A stretch of 64,000 nucleotides of DNA from Patescibacteria group bacterium (GCA_041670805.1 JBAXYM010000003.1:16406-80405), one strand, 5' to 3'. Positions 48,158 to 58,262 are shown, numbered from the stretch's first letter. The notes: generated from the letters alone by a model not told the origin. Numbers and translations are program-made.

Positions 48158-51100
48158 CTATTTCTTTAGCAGGTCTATCATTTGGAAGGTGTGATCTTTG
48201 GAGCTGGTGAAAATTATATAACCTTCGTATAAGAAGTAATCCATCGAGGTGTCCGAATCCGGCAAGTTGACGAATTTTAGTTCGACTCCATTGTACATGG
48301 CCGGCTGGAAAGTGGTCGTGCCTTGTTCGATTATGCGGGAGTTGACGAAGATGCTTTTCATAACGGCGTAGATTTTTTTGTTCTGGGTATTGGTTCCCGC
48401 CCAGCTCGACATAATGTCTTTGAATTCTTCCTCTTTGGATGCGCTATATTTGAACACCAATCCGAGCCGCAAATAGCCGTTATCTTTGAATACCAATATG
48501 TTGTATTCGGGAGAAATGGCATTTATAAAATCATCGGGAACGTTCGAGGCGTTACTTTCGCCGAGAACGGTTTTGAGCGCTTCTTCCCGTGAAAGCATAA
48601 CGTCTTGATTGTCATAGGTAATATTTAATCTGACAACGTCTCCGTCACTGAAAGATTTCCAAGGGTCCAAATTGGCATCGAAATAATTCAGGGTCATGAC
48701 TTGGCTTTGCTTGGCGGAAGAGGCGGCCGTAATCTTTTTGTCTATGTCGGCAATGCTTTCGCCTGCGACTATTGTTGTTGACTTTTCCGTGGTAGCGGTG
48801 TTTTTGGCTGATTTCAATTTTGGCAGGACCATGGTCAAGAATCCGCCGAGAATTGCTAAAAATACGATTCCTATAACAGCAACTTTTATTCGCGAGGAGG
48901 CGGAATTTTGGGTGCCGTATTTTTTGGCGATATCCCGTTTAAATCTCTTCCCCTTTTCTTCTTCACTCAGTTCTATCTCCCTCTCTTTTAAAACGTCATC
49001 CAGACCGTCAAGATTTTCCGCCTCGGTCCTGGGCTTGATGGCTTTGTGCATTGTGCTGTAAAATTCCTGTTTTCCATGAATCAATCTGTTCTCGGGGTCC
49101 ACATAAGAAGAATTTTCTTGTTTTCTCTCTCGAATTCTTTGCTGCGCAGTTCTTACATTATTTGGCATAACCAGCCCGGTCTCTTCGGGTCGCGCTGTGT
49201 ATGCGGTAGGTTTGTCATAAGGAGACGTGTCAATCTTCGCCGTTCCTACTGCTCTTTGCTGCGGATTTACCGCGGGTTCTTTTATGGTGTTCTGGATTTT
49301 TTCCCAATAGAATTTGTCTGCGTTTATTTTCTCCAAAAGTCCGGTACTTTCATTGTCTGTTTTTGTATTGTTTTGCTCGGCCGGTAAGGTCTCTTTTGGA
49401 TATTCCTCTGCAGTGGACTTTTCTTTTTGCAGACTGCTTGACATTCGGGCAAGCAGATCTTTGAGATCCTTATCTTTGTCAGGCTTGGTGATTGTTTGGG
49501 GTTGATCGGAATAATTTTTTGCTGATGTCTCCATCGAGTTCGAGACTCTTTTGATTAGATTTTTCATTTCTTCGTCTTGCACGCTTGGCGCTATAGTCTC
49601 CTTGGCGGCTAGTTCTATCGCAGCTTTTTCCTCTGAAGGAGGAGTGTCTGCAGTTGCTTTGAGATCACTCAAAATGGAGTCATCTGCTTGTGACGGTTCT
49701 TTTACTTCTGCCAAATCGCTCCTCTTGCTTTTTCGAAGTGCATTCCAAAATGCCTCGCTCGAATCCGTTTTTTCTTCTGTGCCTGCGTCAATATCACTAT
49801 CCGGTTGGATTTCCGATGCATTCTCTTCCGGCTTTTCTTCGAATAGTGCTTCTTTTTTTACCCGCTCTTCCTCTTCCGCCTTTTGTGCGGCTTCCCGTCT
49901 CTTGTTCGTTTCTTCTTCTTCGGCTGCTTGTGTTTTTATGGCTTCCTGTCTTTTTTCTTCCAACTCTTTTTGCCTCAGCCGCTCTTCTTCTTTAATTCTA
50001 TTTTCTTCTTCCTGTCTTGATCTTATTTCCTCATCTGCCCGTTCTTCCGCCTCCGCTTGCTCTTTTTCTTCTCGGATTGTGCGTTCATTTTCTTCTTCCA
50101 ATCTTTTCTGCTCCTCTTGTTTCAATCCCTTGCCTCCTATCTGTTTTGCCGTCTCTTCTTGTTGCTCGTCTTCCTCCTCTTTGATTTGATTTAAAGTGTC
50201 TAACTCCCGTTTCTTTGCTTCTTCCAATTCAATGATTTTTGCCTTCATTTCCGCGATGAGTCTTTCTTCGGCCTCTCCTCTTTCGGTTCCTTCCTGCATG
50301 GAATCCGATATGCCTTTTGTCAGATTGGCTATTTGCGCGTCTTTTGCCCGGATTGTTTCTTGAAGTTTCCCGATCTCTTCTTCTCTATGGACATTTTGCT
50401 CCTTGAATTGTGCAAGAATACCCTCCCTATTTTTCCGTTCCTCCTCTCTTATTTTAGTGATAATTTCTTGCTCAATTTCTTCTTTTTTGGGAGTGTCTTT
50501 TCGCAGCGTAGCGGAAATTTCTTTCATAAAATCGGAGAGTTGTACTTCCTGCACCTTCATCTGCGCAAGAATGTCCTCTTTATTTCTCTTCTCTTCCTCC
50601 AAAATTTTTACTCGCATTTCCTCAACAAGAGCTTCTTTTGTCAGAGGATTAGAAGTGAGCTTGATCAAATTCGCGATATCCGCTTCTTGCGATTTAATAG
50701 CTTCCCTAAGTCGTGTCGCTTCCTCGGCGCGCTTGGTATCTTCTTCCCGCAGTGCTTGCTGTGCCATTTTTGCTTCCTGTAATCTCAGAGACTCTTGCCT
50801 TTTTAATTCTTCTTGCGCTTTCTGCACTTCCTGCATCCGCATCTCTTCCCGCTTTTGGATTTGTGCCAGAATAGCCTCTTTGTTTTTCTTTTCCTCTTCC
50901 AGCACCTTTGTTCTCATTTCCTCGATGATCGCTTTTTTGGATTCTTCCGCCTTGACTTCTCCTTGGATCAGAGAGCTTGATACTTCCTTGAGTATGTTGG
51001 AGATTCTGGCTTCCTGGGCTTTGAGTGCTTCTGATGCCTTGTTTTCTTCTTGTTTGCGCAGCTCTTCCTGTTTTTTTACATCTTCCATCGCCTTCCATAT

Positions 51101-51799
51101 TTCCCGCCTCCGCGCTTCTTCCTGCTTTTGTATTTGTGAAAGAAGATCTTCTTTGATTTTTTCATCTCCTCTTCTGACTTCTTCCAGAATTTCTTTTTTT
51201 ATTCCGGCATCTTCAGAGTCTGTCGTATCTCGTATCTCGTATCTCGTATCTTTAATCTTTTCAAGCTCTGCAAACTTTCTGATTTCCTCAATTTTTTTCC
51301 GCTCTTCCGCATTTTGCTTAGTGGCTTCCGCCGCTTTAAGCTTTTCAATTTCTCCGGGCTTTACAATCCGTTCGGTTTTTCTGACCTCTTCTATTATGGG
51401 CTTTTCAGTTCTCTTCCCAGCTTGAACCGGAGGTTCCGCGAGTGGAACCTCTTTTCTTTCGGTTATTTTTTTTTGCAGCCTTGCAAAAAAATTATCCTCC
51501 TTTTTGTCTTTCTTTTTTTCTTGCAGGGTCGGAGGCAGAGAGACGCCGAGGCCCTTTTTCTCAAGATCGCCTCTTATGTCCGCGAAGTTCCCTCTCTCGG
51601 TTTTTGCAGGAATATTGCGAGCCGGTGTCTTTGTCTGAGATATGGCGGTGGCGATATTAGCCTGCTGTTGCGGTAACGGCTTTTGCGTCAAATCGGTTTT
51701 TCTCTCCGGTTCGGGTTTTTTAAAAATCTTTCTTCCTGTCTTTGTATCTTGGATTTCCGTGAGATCGTCCTGCATTGTTCTAAGAATTTTCTGGCTCAT
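48158..51799 (-). CDS. Giant E/K/R-rich coiled-coil protein with a single TM helix and a ~230-aa C-terminal extracytoplasmic domain
   Basis: 1213 aa; ~950 aa of low-complexity charged heptads, TM VAVIGIVFLAILGGFLTMVL, then a globular C-terminal domain; contains a 7-nt x4 repeat at ~51216-51245. Confidence 0.5.
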   Translation of the reverse strand: MSQKILRTMQDDLTEIQDTKTGRKIFKKPEPERKTDLTQKPLPQQQANIATAISQTKTPARNIPAKTERGNFADIRGDLEKKGLGVSLPPTLQEKKKDKKEDNFFARLQKKITERKEVPLAEPPVQAGKRTEKPIIEEVRKTERIVKPGEIEKLKAAEATKQNAEERKKIEEIRKFAELEKIKDTRYEIRDTTDSEDAGIKKEILEEVRRGDEKIKEDLLSQIQKQEEARRREIWKAMEDVKKQEELRKQEENKASEALKAQEARISNILKEVSSSLIQGEVKAEESKKAIIEEMRTKVLEEEKKNKEAILAQIQKREEMRMQEVQKAQEELKRQESLRLQEAKMAQQALREEDTKRAEEATRLREAIKSQEADIANLIKLTSNPLTKEALVEEMRVKILEEEKRNKEDILAQMKVQEVQLSDFMKEISATLRKDTPKKEEIEQEIITKIREEERKNREGILAQFKEQNVHREEEIGKLQETIRAKDAQIANLTKGISDSMQEGTERGEAEERLIAEMKAKIIELEEAKKRELDTLNQIKEEEDEQQEETAKQIGGKGLKQEEQKRLEEENERTIREEKEQAEAEERADEEIRSRQEEENRIKEEERLRQKELEEKRQEAIKTQAAEEEETNKRREAAQKAEEEERVKKEALFEEKPEENASEIQPDSDIDAGTEEKTDSSEAFWNALRKSKRSDLAEVKEPSQADDSILSDLKATADTPPSEEKAAIELAAKETIAPSVQDEEMKNLIKRVSNSMETSAKNYSDQPQTITKPDKDKDLKDLLARMSSSLQKEKSTAEEYPKETLPAEQNNTKTDNESTGLLEKINADKFYWEKIQNTIKEPAVNPQQRAVGTAKIDTSPYDKPTAYTARPEETGLVMPNNVRTAQQRIRERKQENSSYVDPENRLIHGKQEFYSTMHKAIKPRTEAENLDGLDDVLKEREIELSEEEKGKRFKRDIAKKYGTQNSASSRIKVAVIGIVFLAILGGFLTMVLPKLKSAKNTATTEKSTTIVAGESIADIDKKITAASSAKQSQVMTLNYFDANLDPWKSFSDGDVVRLNITYDNQDVMLSREEALKTVLGESNASNVPDDFINAISPEYNILVFKDNGYLRLGLVFKYSASKEEEFKDIMSSWAGTNTQNKKIYAVMKSIFVNSRIIEQGTTTFQPAMYNGVELKFVNLPDSDTSMDYFLYEGYIIFTSSKDHTFQMIDLLKK

Positions 51800-51804
51800 A
51801 GAAA

Positions 51805-53886
51805 TTAGATTCCTTTATGAGTTAAATTTATTCTTCCTTGATCGTCAATGCCTTTGACTTTGACTGCGATAGTGTCACCCACTTTGACAACGTCTTCCAC
51901 TTTTTCTATTCGCGTCGGAGCGAGTTCGGAGATATGCACCAGTCCTTCCTGCCCCGGCAGGATTTCCACAAATGCGCCGAAGGTCATAATCTTTACCACT
52001 TTTCCTTGAAAAATTTCCCCCGGGATAACTTCGCGCGTAATGTCTTTGATCCAGGCAGTGGCTTTCTGTGCGGCCTCGGCGTCTTTTGAAGTGATAAGCA
52101 CCGTGCCGTCGTCTTCTATGTCGATAGTAACGCCGGTAGCGGCGATAATCTCGTTGATTTTCTTCCCGCCCGGACCGATAACGTCGCGGATCTTGTCGGG
52201 ATTGATACGGAAACTGGTAATGCGCGGCGCGTAGGGTGACATTTCGGCTCTTGGTTCGGCAATGGCGGAACTCATTATACCGATAATGTGCACGCGTGCT
52301 TCTCTCGCTTTCATAACGGCTTCTTCCAAAACGTCTATGGAGATGCCTCCGATTTTAACGTCCATCTGTATGGCGGTGATGCCTTCTGTGGTTCCTGCGA
52401 CTTTGAAATCCATATCGCCGTAATGATCTTCCGGTCCCTGAATGTCGGTCAGGACTTTATAATTTCCTTCCCGATCGGACATAAGCCCCATGGCGATTCC
52501 GGCAGCCAGACGGGGAATCGGTACTCCGCCGTCCATCAGTGCGAGCGCGCTGCCGCAGATGCTGGCCTGGGAAGACGAACCGTTGGATCCCAACACCTCG
52601 GAAACGAGTCGGATGGTGTAGGGAAAAATTTCGCGGGAAGGGATCAAAGGCTCAATGGCTTTCTCGGCCAAAGCGCCGTGTCCGATTTCTCTTCGTCCCG
52701 GTCCGCGCATCGGCTTCACTTCTCCCACGGAATAGGGCGGGAAAGAATAGTGGTGCATAAAAGTCTTGGTGGTTTCTTCTTTCATTCCATCGATAGTCTG
52801 CTCGTCGCCCGGCGCGCCCAAAGTAAGGACGGTAAGGGCTTGAGTCTCTCCGCGCTGAAAGAGTCCCGAGCCGTGGGTGCGGGGAAGTATGTTGACTTCC
52901 GCGCTGATCAGACGGACCTCGTCCATTCTTCTGCCGTCCGGTCTTTCGCCGCGACGAATGGCGGCTGTGTGGACGAAAGCGTCAATCTCTTCATCCAGCA
53001 CCAGTTTGGCGATCTCGATATATTCTTTGCCTAAATTTTCCGCGACAAAATCCAGCAAGCTTTTCTTGAGCGCGCTCATATTTTCATTGCGGGTCTGTTT
53101 GTCTTTTTCCATCACCGCGCCCTCGATTTTGCCTTCCGTGAATTTTTTCATCTGCTCCTCTATCTCTTCCGGCGCTTGCATCAGTTTTGCTTCTTTTTTC
53201 GTCTTGCCGAGTTCCGCAATGATTGCCTTCTGAAAATCTTCCAATTTTGCGATATACTGCTGTCCGAAGCGCATGGCTTCCACAATTTCCACTTCCGGAA
53301 CTTCCTTGGCTCCCGCTTCAATCATATTTATTTTGCCGTCTTTGCCGGTCAGGAAAATCTCAAAAGCGCTTCTATCTCGCTGTTCGTAAGTGGGATTGAC
53401 GACAAGCTGTCCATCAACTTTGGCAACGCGAATGGCTCCCACCGGTCCGTCCCAAGGTATGTCGGAAATGCCCAGCGCGATTGATGCGCCAATCACCGAG
53501 ATAACGTCCGGGTCGTTTTCTTGGTCGACGGATAAAATAGTCAGTATAACCTGCACGTCGTTGCGCATTCGACCGTTAAAAAGCGGCCTGATTGTCCGGT
53601 CGACGATTCTTCCGGAAAGAATGGCTTCGTCGGTCGGCTTTCCTTCCCTTTTCATAAAACGGCTGCCTTTGATTTTTCCGGCCGCGTAGAGCCTTTCTTC
53701 ATAGTCCACCATCAGCGGGAAAAAGTCCACGCCTTCGCGCGCGCCGTCGTTCATTGTGGCAGTCGCCAAAACAACCGTTCCTCCGTACTGAACGGTCACC
53801 GAACCGTTTGCCTGCAAAGCAAGCTTGCCGGTTTCGATAATCAGATTTCCTCCGTTTATCCGACTCTCAAATTTCTTTACTTCCAT
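51805..53886 (-). CDS. pnp: Polyribonucleotide nucleotidyltransferase (PNPase)
   Basis: 693 aa; two RNase PH-like domains, KH and C-terminal S1 (GKVVKIMTFGAFVEILPGQEGLVHISE). Confidence 0.9.
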   Translation of the reverse strand: MEVKKFESRINGGNLIIETGKLALQANGSVTVQYGGTVVLATATMNDGAREGVDFFPLMVDYEERLYAAGKIKGSRFMKREGKPTDEAILSGRIVDRTIRPLFNGRMRNDVQVILTILSVDQENDPDVISVIGASIALGISDIPWDGPVGAIRVAKVDGQLVVNPTYEQRDRSAFEIFLTGKDGKINMIEAGAKEVPEVEIVEAMRFGQQYIAKLEDFQKAIIAELGKTKKEAKLMQAPEEIEEQMKKFTEGKIEGAVMEKDKQTRNENMSALKKSLLDFVAENLGKEYIEIAKLVLDEEIDAFVHTAAIRRGERPDGRRMDEVRLISAEVNILPRTHGSGLFQRGETQALTVLTLGAPGDEQTIDGMKEETTKTFMHHYSFPPYSVGEVKPMRGPGRREIGHGALAEKAIEPLIPSREIFPYTIRLVSEVLGSNGSSSQASICGSALALMDGGVPIPRLAAGIAMGLMSDREGNYKVLTDIQGPEDHYGDMDFKVAGTTEGITAIQMDVKIGGISIDVLEEAVMKAREARVHIIGIMSSAIAEPRAEMSPYAPRITSFRINPDKIRDVIGPGGKKINEIIAATGVTIDIEDDGTVLITSKDAEAAQKATAWIKDITREVIPGEIFQGKVVKIMTFGAFVEILPGQEGLVHISELAPTRIEKVEDVVKVGDTIAVKVKGIDDQGRINLTHKGI

Positions 53887-54070
53887 TTTTTAGATCCTTT
53901 CTTTGTCGAACTGATCTGCAAACTCTAGATTATCATCCCTATTTTTGCACAAGATGATCGCATCTAACTGTCCGCAGGTCAATTCTTAAAATTTTGATAA
54001 AATTAAAACAGGCTAAGAAAAGTTTTTAATCTTTTATTAGTTTCTCCATAGGCGAATATATTAAAAAAGT

Positions 54071-54616
54071 TTATTTGATCAAGAATCTTTTTTTGTCTTG
54101 GCTCAGATCAGTGAATTCGTCTGCGGCTTCGACAAGCTTGGAAGAAGTGCTTTCTCCGAAAGCGATGATTTCCACCCGGCAACCTTTGTTGATTTTTAGA
54201 TATTCTACCAAAGGTACATAGTCGCCGTCGCCGGAAATTATGGCGATGACATCCAATTTGTCCGCCAGCTTGATCGCATCTACCGCCAGTCCCACATCCC
54301 AGTCCGCTTTCTTCATTCCGCCGGGAAAGATTTGCAGGTCTTTTTCTTTGATCTCGAAGCCCAGCTTTTCCATCGCGTCGAAAAAGGATTTCTCCACTCC
54401 GCCTTCCGTACTGATGACGTAGGTGATAGCCCGGATAAGCACCCTGCCCGCCACCGTTTCTTCCAGCACCTCTTTGAAATTCACCCGCGCCTTGTAGAGG
54501 CTGCGCGCGCTGTGATACATATTTTGCGCGTCCACAAAAATACCAATCCGCTGGTCTTTGTGCCGTATGGACTTATTTTTGCTCTTCGGATTTTGAATCG
54601 GTGTCCTGATCGCCAT
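54071..54616 (-). CDS. NYN-domain (LabA/PIN-like) putative RNase
   Basis: 181 aa; [13 protein letters not shown] ... [17 protein letters not shown] acidic motifs typical of NYN; between rpsO and pnp. Confidence 0.55.
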   Translation of the reverse strand: MAIRTPIQNPKSKNKSIRHKDQRIGIFVDAQNMYHSARSLYKARVNFKEVLEETVAGRVLIRAITYVISTEGGVEKSFFDAMEKLGFEIKEKDLQIFPGGMKKADWDVGLAVDAIKLADKLDVIAIISGDGDYVPLVEYLKINKGCRVEIIAFGESTSSKLVEAADEFTDLSQDKKRFLIK

Positions 54617-54899
54617 CGTCTTTGATTAGTTTAGCTTCTTTTAATTTGAGGGCTTTTACGATTTTGGCAAATCTCTCTTCGCTGTTCGCTTTGATGTCCC
54701 GCAAAAGTTTCTTTCTCTTGGCTACCATTTTGAGCAATCCCCGGCGCGAATGATTGTCTTTCTTGTTGACCTTCAAGTGCTCGGTAAGCTCTTTGATTCT
54801 TTCAGTGAGGATTGCCACCTGGACTTCCGAGGAGCCGGTATCTTCCTTGTGAATTTTGAACTTTTTAATAATCTTCTCTTTCTTTTCTTTTTTGATCAT
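54573..54899 (-). CDS. rpsO: 30S ribosomal protein S15 with an acidic C-terminal extension
   Basis: 108 aa; [48 protein letters not shown]-type S15 core; classic rpsO-pnp linkage. Confidence 0.8.
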   Translation of the reverse strand: MIKKEKKEKIIKKFKIHKEDTGSSEVQVAILTERIKELTEHLKVNKKDNHSRRGLLKMVAKRKKLLRDIKANSEERFAKIVKALKLKEAKLIKDDGDQDTDSKSEEQK

Positions 54900-55073
54900 T
54901 TTCTTCTTTAAGTGCTTATTAGGGTTGATGATTTTCTTCTCGCTATAAAATTTTCCATAGCTTAAACTGAGACAATATATCTCTCCTATCAGTCTATCAC
55001 ATTAATTTTAGATAGACAAGTTCTTGGATATGTCGTAAAATATAAAGATAAACAGGGTAAAATTTGTCGAAAT

Positions 55074-55979
55074 ATGCCTCAAGCTAATTTGCAAGAACTG
55101 AAAAGGGAATTTCTGGAATATTTGGAGATTGAAAGGGACCGCTCTCCTTTGACGGTGAGAAATTACGACCATTATTTGGGGAAATTTTTGTACTGGTCGA
55201 AAGCGGAAATGCCCGACGATATCACTGCGGAGGCGGTGCGGGGTTTTCGGCTTTACCTCAATCGTTACGAGGACGAAAAGGGTCGCAAGCTGAAGAGAAT
55301 TACGCAGGATTATTACATTATCGCCATCCGCGGCTTCCTCAAATTTTTGGCAAAAAGAGATGTCAGGGCTTTGAGCAGTGAAAAGATCGAGCTGGGCAAG
55401 ACAAAAGACCGGCAGGTGGAGTTTTTGGAGCTTGAGGAAGTGGAAAGGCTGATAAATTCCACCCGCGGGAAAAAACCGGAAAATCTGCGCAATGTCGCCA
55501 TTTTGGAGATGCTTTTTTCCACAGGGCTGCGTGTTTCCGAGTTGGTGAGCCTTAATATCGAAAATGTGAATCTCAAAACGGGCGAATTTTCCGTGCGCGG
55601 GAAAGGTGATAAAATCCGGCTGGTTTTTCTTTCAACTTCGGCCAAAATCGCGCTCAATGACTATCTGCTGCGCCGCAAAGATCTTTCTCCGGCACTTTTT
55701 GTGAGCCTTAAAGAAGGAGGCAACCCTTCGCGGTTGACTTCTCGAACTATGGAAAGGATTGTAAAAAAATGCGCCGTCGCGGCGGGAATTGTCAAGAAAA
55801 TCACTCCGCATACTCTCCGGCACAGTTTCGCCACGGATCTTTTGCGCAACGGTGCGGACTTGCGCAGCGTGCAGGAAATGCTCGGGCATTCCAGTATAAC
55901 CACCACGCAGATTTACACGCACGTTACCAATAAGCGCCTCAAGGAGATTCACAATAAATTTCATTCGGATAAGAAGTAA
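55074..55979 (+). CDS. xerC: Tyrosine site-specific recombinase XerC/XerD family
   Basis: 301 aa; C-terminal LRHSFATDLLRNGADLRSVQEMLGHSSITTTQIYTHV (R-H-R-Y catalytic set). Confidence 0.8.
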   Translation: MPQANLQELKREFLEYLEIERDRSPLTVRNYDHYLGKFLYWSKAEMPDDITAEAVRGFRLYLNRYEDEKGRKLKRITQDYYIIAIRGFLKFLAKRDVRALSSEKIELGKTKDRQVEFLELEEVERLINSTRGKKPENLRNVAILEMLFSTGLRVSELVSLNIENVNLKTGEFSVRGKGDKIRLVFLSTSAKIALNDYLLRRKDLSPALFVSLKEGGNPSRLTSRTMERIVKKCAVAAGIVKKITPHTLRHSFATDLLRNGADLRSVQEMLGHSSITTTQIYTHVTNKRLKEIHNKFHSDKK

Positions 55980-56099
55980 GGCTGTTGTTGTGTTGCCAGT
56001 TCTTGCGAAGAGTATTTTTTCGCACAAATAAACATGGTCTTATAAAAAATCATAAGTTGTGTCCGTTGGGGTCATACGCAAAATATGGTTTTATAACAG

Positions 56100-56290
56100 A
56101 CACCGGTTTTGCATTCGGATCACACTAGAAATGGTGTGAAATTCTACACAAGAACGTTCTGTCCCGCATGGTTCACATCATTTCTGATGTGATCCGAAAT
56201 ACGGAAATTCACAATTCGAAATTCATAAATCCATAATTCAAAATACGCCGGGTGTGTTAAAGATTGTCTACCGGATCATAACCATGTATT
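56100..56290. repeat. IRE copy (reverse orientation) with flanking ataattcaaaatacgccgggtgtgtta segment
   Basis: ggatcacactagaaatggtgtgaa...ggttcacatcatttctgatgtgatccg; matches the other IRE copies and the window start. Confidence 0.7.
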
Positions 56291-56363
56291 GCGTATGACC
56301 CGTCCGTTGTTTTGTCCCTTGCTTTTTAACTCAATTTGTCTATACTTAGTAAGTATTTTATCG

Positions 56364-56443
56364 GCAGGCGTGGCGGAATTGGCATACGCGCATGGCTTAG
56401 GACCATGTTCTTCGGAGTGTGGGTTCGACTCCCACCGCCTGCA
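56364..56443 (+). tRNA. tRNA-Leu (anticodon TAG), type II
   Basis: GCAGGCGTGGCGGAATTGGCATACGCGCATGGCTTAGGACCATG...GGGTTCGACTCCCACCGCCTGCA; anticodon loop CUUAGGA (U33, G37); T-arm GGTTCGACTCC; CCA not encoded. Confidence 0.8.
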
Positions 56444-56502
56444 CGAAATAACTTATAACTGAAACTTTATAACGGATAACAGACAGCATTTTCTTCCGTT
56501 GT

Positions 56503-56537
56503 CAGAAACAAAAACCGCCTTTTATGAGGCGGTTTTT
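56503..56537 (+). terminator. Rho-independent terminator hairpin (bidirectional position: after tRNA-Leu and after the convergent pilin array)
   Basis: aaaaccgccttttatgaggcggtttttgattttt. Confidence 0.55.
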
Positions 56538-56593
56538 GATTTTTATTTAGCAGAGCGCTCTACTTTTAAAATTTTTTGTTTTGCAAGGTTAGT

Positions 56594-56968
56594 TTATGCG
56601 TTTGCTATAAACAGACCGCTAATAACTTTGACCAGAGCGTATGCCAGTGCGCAAATAACCATACCGATAATACCATTGAGGATAGTTTTCTTCGCTCTAT
56701 CTACCATGTCTTGGTTACCGGCGGAGGTCAGATAGAGAAGGCCACCGTAGAGTACGATCAAAACAGCAATCAGGAAAACGAATCCCAGAATGAAGTTAGT
56801 AATATCTTTGATAGTAGCATCAAGATTCGTTGGAACACCTCCCGGGTTTGCAGAATCAACTTTTGAGTTCCATCCGGGGACTGCCGCGCTGACCTCGGAA
56901 GCGAAAACTACGCAGGAAGCGAACAATCCCGATGTCGTTAATTTGGTTAAATTTTTCATTCTTTTCAC
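56594..56968 (-). CDS. VirB2/TrbC-like pilin paralogue 1
   Basis: 124 aa; signal peptide then ITNFILGFVFLIAVLIVLYGGLLYLTSAGNQDMVDRAKKTILNGIIGMVICALAYALV. Confidence 0.55.
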   Translation of the reverse strand: MKRMKNLTKLTTSGLFASCVVFASEVSAAVPGWNSKVDSANPGGVPTNLDATIKDITNFILGFVFLIAVLIVLYGGLLYLTSAGNQDMVDRAKKTILNGIIGMVICALAYALVKVISGLFIANA

Positions 56969-57062
56969 CTCCTTTCAGATGTTCAGGTTAATTTGATTTA
57001 AATAAATGTTGTCGATTTTTTTTGGATATATTTCTTTGCGTTTTTATGCTGTAACACAATTG

Positions 57063-57431
57063 CTATGTAGCGGGGCTACTGCTGCTGGATTCAACCAAAA
57101 CTTTTGTAACAATGGTAAGCACTATCGCATAAGCCAGCCCGGCGATTACCAAACCTATTATTGCATTTTTTATTGTGGCTTTTGCGTCTCTCACTTGATC
57201 TTCATTTCCGGCGGCGGTAAGATATTGAACTCCTCCGAATATAAGCGCCAATATGGCTACCAAGCCCACAAATCCCAGAATCCAGTTGGTGGTGTTGTTT
57301 ACCACCAGGTCAAAATCCTTGGGGGCGCCTGCGGGGTAATTGGAAGGGGCCGCCCAGCCTGCCGCCCATGCCGTTGATAATGGAAGCATCGCCAGCCCGG
57401 TCGATAGCAGAACTTTGTTGACTCTTTTCAT
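57063..57431 (-). CDS. VirB2/TrbC-like pilin paralogue 2
   Basis: 122 aa; TNWILGFVGLVAILALIFGGVQYLTAAGNEDQVRDAKATIKNAIIGLVIAGLAYAIV. Confidence 0.55.
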   Translation of the reverse strand: MKRVNKVLLSTGLAMLPLSTAWAAGWAAPSNYPAGAPKDFDLVVNNTTNWILGFVGLVAILALIFGGVQYLTAAGNEDQVRDAKATIKNAIIGLVIAGLAYAIVLTIVTKVLVESSSSSPAT

Positions 57432-57460
57432 CGCTACTGATTATTTGATTATTATAGAAA

Positions 57461-57859
57461 TTAGACCGTCGCGCCGACCAATATCTTGGTGATAACAAGG
57501 TTTACCACTGCATAGGCCAGTCCCGCCATGGCGACTCCTATTACGGCATATTTGATTGATTTTTTCGCCATAGTAATGCGGTCTTGATCTCCGGATGCCT
57601 CCACATAAACCAATCCTCCGTAAATCATAGCCAGCACGGTTACGACAATGGTAAATTCCAACAGCCATGTGGTTATATTGCCGATTGAACCCATAAAATC
57701 TTCCGGAAGGTTTCCGGGATTTGTGGGCAATTTCCACCCGGTGGCGCTGTCGTCGGCACGGACAATGGGTACACTCAAAGCGGAAATAATTGCAAACAAG
57801 CTTATTGTCTTTTTCGGTAATTTCATAGTGTTATTTGGTTGTAATAAGGACGCTGTCAA
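57461..57859 (-). CDS. VirB2/TrbC-like pilin paralogue 3
   Basis: 132 aa; TTWLLEFTIVVTVLAMIYGGLVYVEASGDQDRITMAKKSIKYAVIGVAMAGLAYAVV. Confidence 0.55.
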   Translation of the reverse strand: MTASLLQPNNTMKLPKKTISLFAIISALSVPIVRADDSATGWKLPTNPGNLPEDFMGSIGNITTWLLEFTIVVTVLAMIYGGLVYVEASGDQDRITMAKKSIKYAVIGVAMAGLAYAVVNLVITKILVGATV

Positions 57860-58262
57860 CGAGCTTTATCATGGCAAAAGAAAGCCCGATTATGGCGATG
57901 CCGTAAATGGCGTAGTGAATGGTCTTTTTTGATTTAACGATTCTTTCCTCGTCGCCGGTCGAAGCGACATAATTCAGACTACCCCAAATAATCAGGACGA
58001 CGCAAAGCGCCACTCCGAACTCCAACAGCCATGTGGTCAAGGCGGACAGAACTTCGGTCAAGGATTTGCTTGGCACTCCGTCTATTTTTTCCAATTTGGC
58101 CAGTGCCGAGAACGGAGCAAGCCAGGAAACGAGGCACGCGAATTTTACCAGATTTTTCTTTGCGGAATTCTTAATGCGCATATTTACGATATTATTCAAC
58201 TTTAACGGAATTTTAGCACCATTTGATTCGTTTGTAAAATCTTTTTTATAAATTCTTATCAA
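57831..58262 (-). CDS. VirB2/TrbC-like pilin paralogue 4
   Basis: ORF of 143 aa; the likely start is the internal Met at ~58181 (MRIKNSAKKNLVKFACLVSWLAPFSALA signal peptide); core TTWLLEFGVALCVVLIIWGSLNYVASTGDEERIVKSKKTIHYAIYGIAIIGLSFAMI. Confidence 0.5.
   Translation of the reverse strand: MIRIYKKDFTNESNGAKIPLKLNNIVNMRIKNSAKKNLVKFACLVSWLAPFSALAKLEKIDGVPSKSLTEVLSALTTWLLEFGVALCVVLIIWGSLNYVASTGDEERIVKSKKTIHYAIYGIAIIGLSFAMIKLVDSVLITTK

Noticed and set aside
49551-51425. Ser/Phe/Leu-rich plus-strand ORFs (49551-50189, 50403-51425 etc.)
   Set aside because: They are mirror images of the GAA/GAG/AAG-rich codons of the minus-strand coiled-coil gene and have no start context or domains.
52288-53034. 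Plus-strand ORFs antisense to pnp, and similar embedded ORFs (59568-61166, 60959-61939, 62596-63627)
   Set aside because: They are embedded antisense to well-supported genes (PNPase, the 811-aa protein, GT4 genes).
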